From: Malacoraja senta
Lineage: Eukaryota
Direction: 5' to 3'
Length of the DNA stretch: 64,000 bases
NCBI GenBank assembly: GCA_038087875.1
Contig: CM075991.1
Span: 558,001 to 622,000, forward strand
A program made the position numbers and the translations under genes. Below are positions 60,401 through 64,000 of the stretch, one piece after another. The first letter of the stretch is position 1. Each line of letters starts with the position of its first letter. Below the pieces are notes generated by a model. It was not told the DNA's origin, did not search any database, and saw only the letters and a list, made by a program, of their open reading frames with translations.

Positions 60401-63210
60401 CACAGTTTAGTTTATTGTCACATGTACTGAGATACGGTGAAAAACGTTTGTTGCGTGCTATCCAGTCAGCAGAAAGACAATACATGATTACAATGGAGCC
60501 ATTTACCGTGTGTAGATAGATATATGATAAAGAAGGGTCTCGACCTGAAATGTCACCCTTCCTTCTCTCCAGAGATGCTCCCTGTCCCGCTGAGTTACTC
60601 CAGCTTTTTGTGTCTTATCTATGATAAGGGAATAACGTTTAGTGTAAGGTAAAGCCAACAAAGTCCGATCAGAGGTAGTCCAAGGGTTACCAGAGAGGTA
60701 GATAGTTCAGCACTGCTCTCTGGTTGTGGTGGGATGATTCAGTTGCCTGATAACAGCTGGGAAGAAACTGTCCTTGAATCTGGAGGTGGGTGTTGTCACA
60801 CCTATACCTTTTGCCTGATGAGAGAGGGGAGAAGAGGGAGTGGCCAGGGTGCAACATATCCCTGATTATGCTGCTGGCCTTGCTGAAGCATCTTGAGGTA
60901 TAAATGGAGTCAATGGAAGAGAGGTTGGTTTGTGTGATGGTCTGGGCTGCTTCCAGAGTTCATTGCAATTTATTGCAGTCTTGGATGGAGCTGTTCCCAA
61001 ACGTGCTGTGATGCATCCTGATAAAATGCTTTCTATGGTGCATCTGTTGAAGTTGGTGAGAGTTCTTGGGGACATGCCGAACTTCCTAAGCGTTCTGAGG
61101 AAGTCGAGACGTTGGTGTGCTTTCTTGGTGATTGCTACAATATGGGTGGTCCAGGAGTTCTGATATTGACTCTGAGGAATTTGACGTTTTCAACCGTCTC
61201 TACTTCCGCGCCGTCAGTGCAAACTGGGGTATGTGTACAGCTTCACTTCCTGAAGTCAATCACTATCTCCTTTGTCTTGCTGACATTGAGAGAAAGGTTG
61301 TTGTCTCGACACCAGGACACGAGGCTTTCGATCTCCTTCCTGAACTCTGTCTCATCATTATTTGATATCCGGCCCACAATGGAGGTGTCGTCTGTGAATT
61401 TGAAAATTGAATTAGATTTGTACATGGCTGCACAGTGGTGGGTGTACAAGGAGTAAAGGGGCTGAGAACGCAGCCTTGCACAGCACCAGTGTTGAGGATT
61501 ATCGTAGAGGATGATTTGTCCCCTAACCTCACTGATTGGGGTCTGTTCGTTAGGTAGTCGAGGATCCAGTTGCAGGGATGAATGCTGACTCCAAGTCCTG
61601 CTAGTTTGGTGATGAGCTTGGATGGTATAAAGGTATTAAATGCAGAGCTGTGATCTATGAATAAGAGTCTGATGTAGGTATCTCTCTTATCCAGATGTTC
61701 CAGGATGAGTGTAGGGCCAGGGCGATGGCATTGTCCGTGGACCTGTTTGTGGCGGTAGGTGAACTGCAGTGGGTCAAGGCATCTGGTTAGACTGGATTTA
61801 ATGCGTTCCATAACTAGTCTCTCAAAGCATGTCAAGTCAAGAGAATTTAATTGTCATGTGTCCCCAGACAGGACAAATGAAATCTTGCACAACAGAATAT
61901 AGTAAGCATAAATACAGAAGAGTTCAGTGTGTCTATATAGCATAGACCATATATATACACATAAATAAACAGATAAAGTGCATTAGGCTGTTATAGTTTA
62001 GAGTTTGTTTGATGGTGAGTTTAATAGCCTGATGGCTGTGGGGAAATAGCTGTTCCTGAACCTGGATGTACCAGATTTCAGGCTCCTGTATCTTCCACCT
62101 AATGTTGGATGTCAGGGCCACTGCACAGTAGTCGTCTAGGCATGAGGTCTTGCTTTTCTTTGGCACTGGGATGATGGTGGTCTTCTTAAAACAGGTGTGT
62201 ACCTCAGAACAGAGTAGTGAGAGATTAAAGATGTCCGCGAATACTCCCACTAGCTGGTCCGCACAGCTACTAAGGGCGTCGCAGGAGCTCCCTCTGGGCC
62301 AGTTGCCTTTCATGGGTTTACTGGCCCAGAGGAAGGCTGACAGCGGGGAGAAGCTGTTCCCAGGTTTGGTGATTGGTGCTGACCAGCTTTTGTATCTCCG
62401 GCCTGTTGGGAGTGACTGAGGGAATGGCTGCTTCCCTGAGGCAGCCTGAAGTGTGGATGGACTCGCATTTGGGGAGGCTGGTTTGTGTAAAGTACTACGC
62501 TACATCCACAACTCTGCAATTTCTTGTGGTCTTGTGCAGAGCCATGGCCAAATTAAAATAATGGACTATTGTGGGCTCCACCTTTCCTTGATCATCTTTG
62601 CTGGCATTGATTTGTTCTTTTCATACATTTCATTCCTTTGTACCTTTTCATGCCTTTAGTTTGCTCTCCCCTGACTCACTCTGAAGAAGGCTCGACCCAA
62701 AACATCACCTATTCCTTTTCTCCAGAGATGCTGCCTGACCCGCTGAGTTACTCCACATTCTGTGTCTATCTTCGATGTAAGCCAGCATCTGCAGTTCCTT
62801 CCTACACACTTACATTGCGATGCATCCTTATAGGATGCTTTCTACAAGGCATCTGTAGAAATTGTTGAGCCTAATTGAAGCCATGCCAATTCTCGTTAGT
62901 CTTTTGAGTAGAGGTGTTGCTGGGTTTTCTTGGCCGTAGCATCAATGTGAGTAGGACCAAACATATTGAAGATATTTACACCTGGAACTTGACGCTCCAC
63001 ATCATCTCCCGCTTCAGCACCATTGATGGTGATTGGGGCTAGTACTCCACTTCGCTTCCTGAAGTAATAACTAGTTCCTTCATCTCGCAGATACTGTAGG
63101 GGAGGGGCGTTGTTGTCCGGGCACCATGTCACTAAGTTATCTATCTCCTTCCTCTACTCCATCTCACCTTGTTCGGGATCCACAGTGGTGTCATCTGCAA
63201 ACTGTAGCTG
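57440..63210. mobile_element. cluster of Rex1/Babar LINE fragments on both strands (largest 58370-59930+, 60700-61832-, 57750-58370-)
   Basis: [59 protein letters not shown] motifs in several copies. Confidence 0.85.
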
Positions 63211-63297
63211 AAGATGCATACAAAAGCTGGAGTAACTCAGCGGGACAGATGGCATCTCTGGAGATAAGGAATGGGTGACGTTTCGGGTCCTGAAGTT

Positions 63298-63325
63298 CTG
63301 AAGAAGGGTCTCGACCCGAAACGTC
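63298..63325 (+). ncRNA. minimal hammerhead ribozyme motif (Penelope type), consensus copy inside the fold-back element 63212-63428
   Basis: CTGAAGAAGGGTCTCGACCCGAAACGTC. Confidence 0.7.
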
Positions 63326-64000
63326 ACCCATTCCTTACCTCCAGAGATGCTGTCTATCCCGTTGAGTTACTCCAGCTTTTCGTGTCTATCTTCGGTTTAA
63401 ACCAGCATCTGCAGTTCCTTCCGACACAACTTGTAGATGGAGTTGGAGCACAATTTGGCCGCACAACCGTGAATACACTAGGCATGTAGTAAGGGTGAGA
63501 ACACATCCTGGTGGGGCACCAATGTTGAGAGTTTTCATGATGAATAATTTGTAACGATGACCATGGTGTGACTGCGCAGCCAGAGATGTAGTACCAGACT
63601 TGTTGTATGCCCTCTTTGCTGTCTACATTCCACCACTCTGCAACCACATTCTGCTCTGACTCCATCCTGATGCAAGAACCCATCAATAAGTGACAGCCCC
63701 AGGCACCAGTCTGCAGAGGGACTTCCTCATCTCCTGCTCCCACTCCCAGTCCCACTCCCGGCCCGTCTATGGGTTTAAGAGCAACACACAAAGTGCTGGA
63801 ATAACTCAGTGGGTCAGGCAGCATCCCAGGAGAGGTGATGTTTTGGGTCAGGACCCTTCTAAAGACTGATTATAGTTGTGTGGAGAGAGCTGGACGGTGA
63901 CATGGGGACAGTCCGCCCCCAGTCTGGCTGTGGATCTTGCACTGCCCCATGCCCCCTGCCCCACTGTCTCCCCAGCCCCACACTGCCCCATGCCCCCCTG

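Overview
Vertebrate genomic DNA, almost certainly a cartilaginous fish (skate/ray/shark), judged from HE1-type V-SINEs with their CR1/HER1-type partner LINEs and abundant Penelope pLTRs. It holds two + strand host genes. (1) An LGI3-like gene: four 72-bp LRR exons at 11583, 16198, 16358 and 20684, and the large EPTP/EAR last exon at about 29319-30136. Exon 1 is not in the window, and exons 6-7 were not found and probably lie in the 200-N gap at 27441. (2) One internal 172-bp CHMP7 exon at 55031-55202. Most of the rest is transposon-derived: a DIRS tyrosine-recombinase retrotransposon, a near-full-length L1 with a 29-bp TSD, a CR1 with an uninterrupted ORF2, Penelope (RT + GIY-YIG) fragments, Rex1/Babar, L2 and Crack-like LINEs, two non-autonomous DNA transposon families, and several mini/microsatellites. 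The most notable signal is about 20 copies of a minimal hammerhead-ribozyme motif (CTGAAGAAGGGTCTCGACCCGAAACGTC) carried in Penelope pLTRs and their fold-back derivatives. In one case a hammerhead-to-hammerhead segment with locus-specific flanking DNA from an LGI3 intron has been copied, inverted, to downstream of the LGI3 stop codon. All calls are by eye, and TE boundaries are approximate unless a TSD or splice site is quoted.
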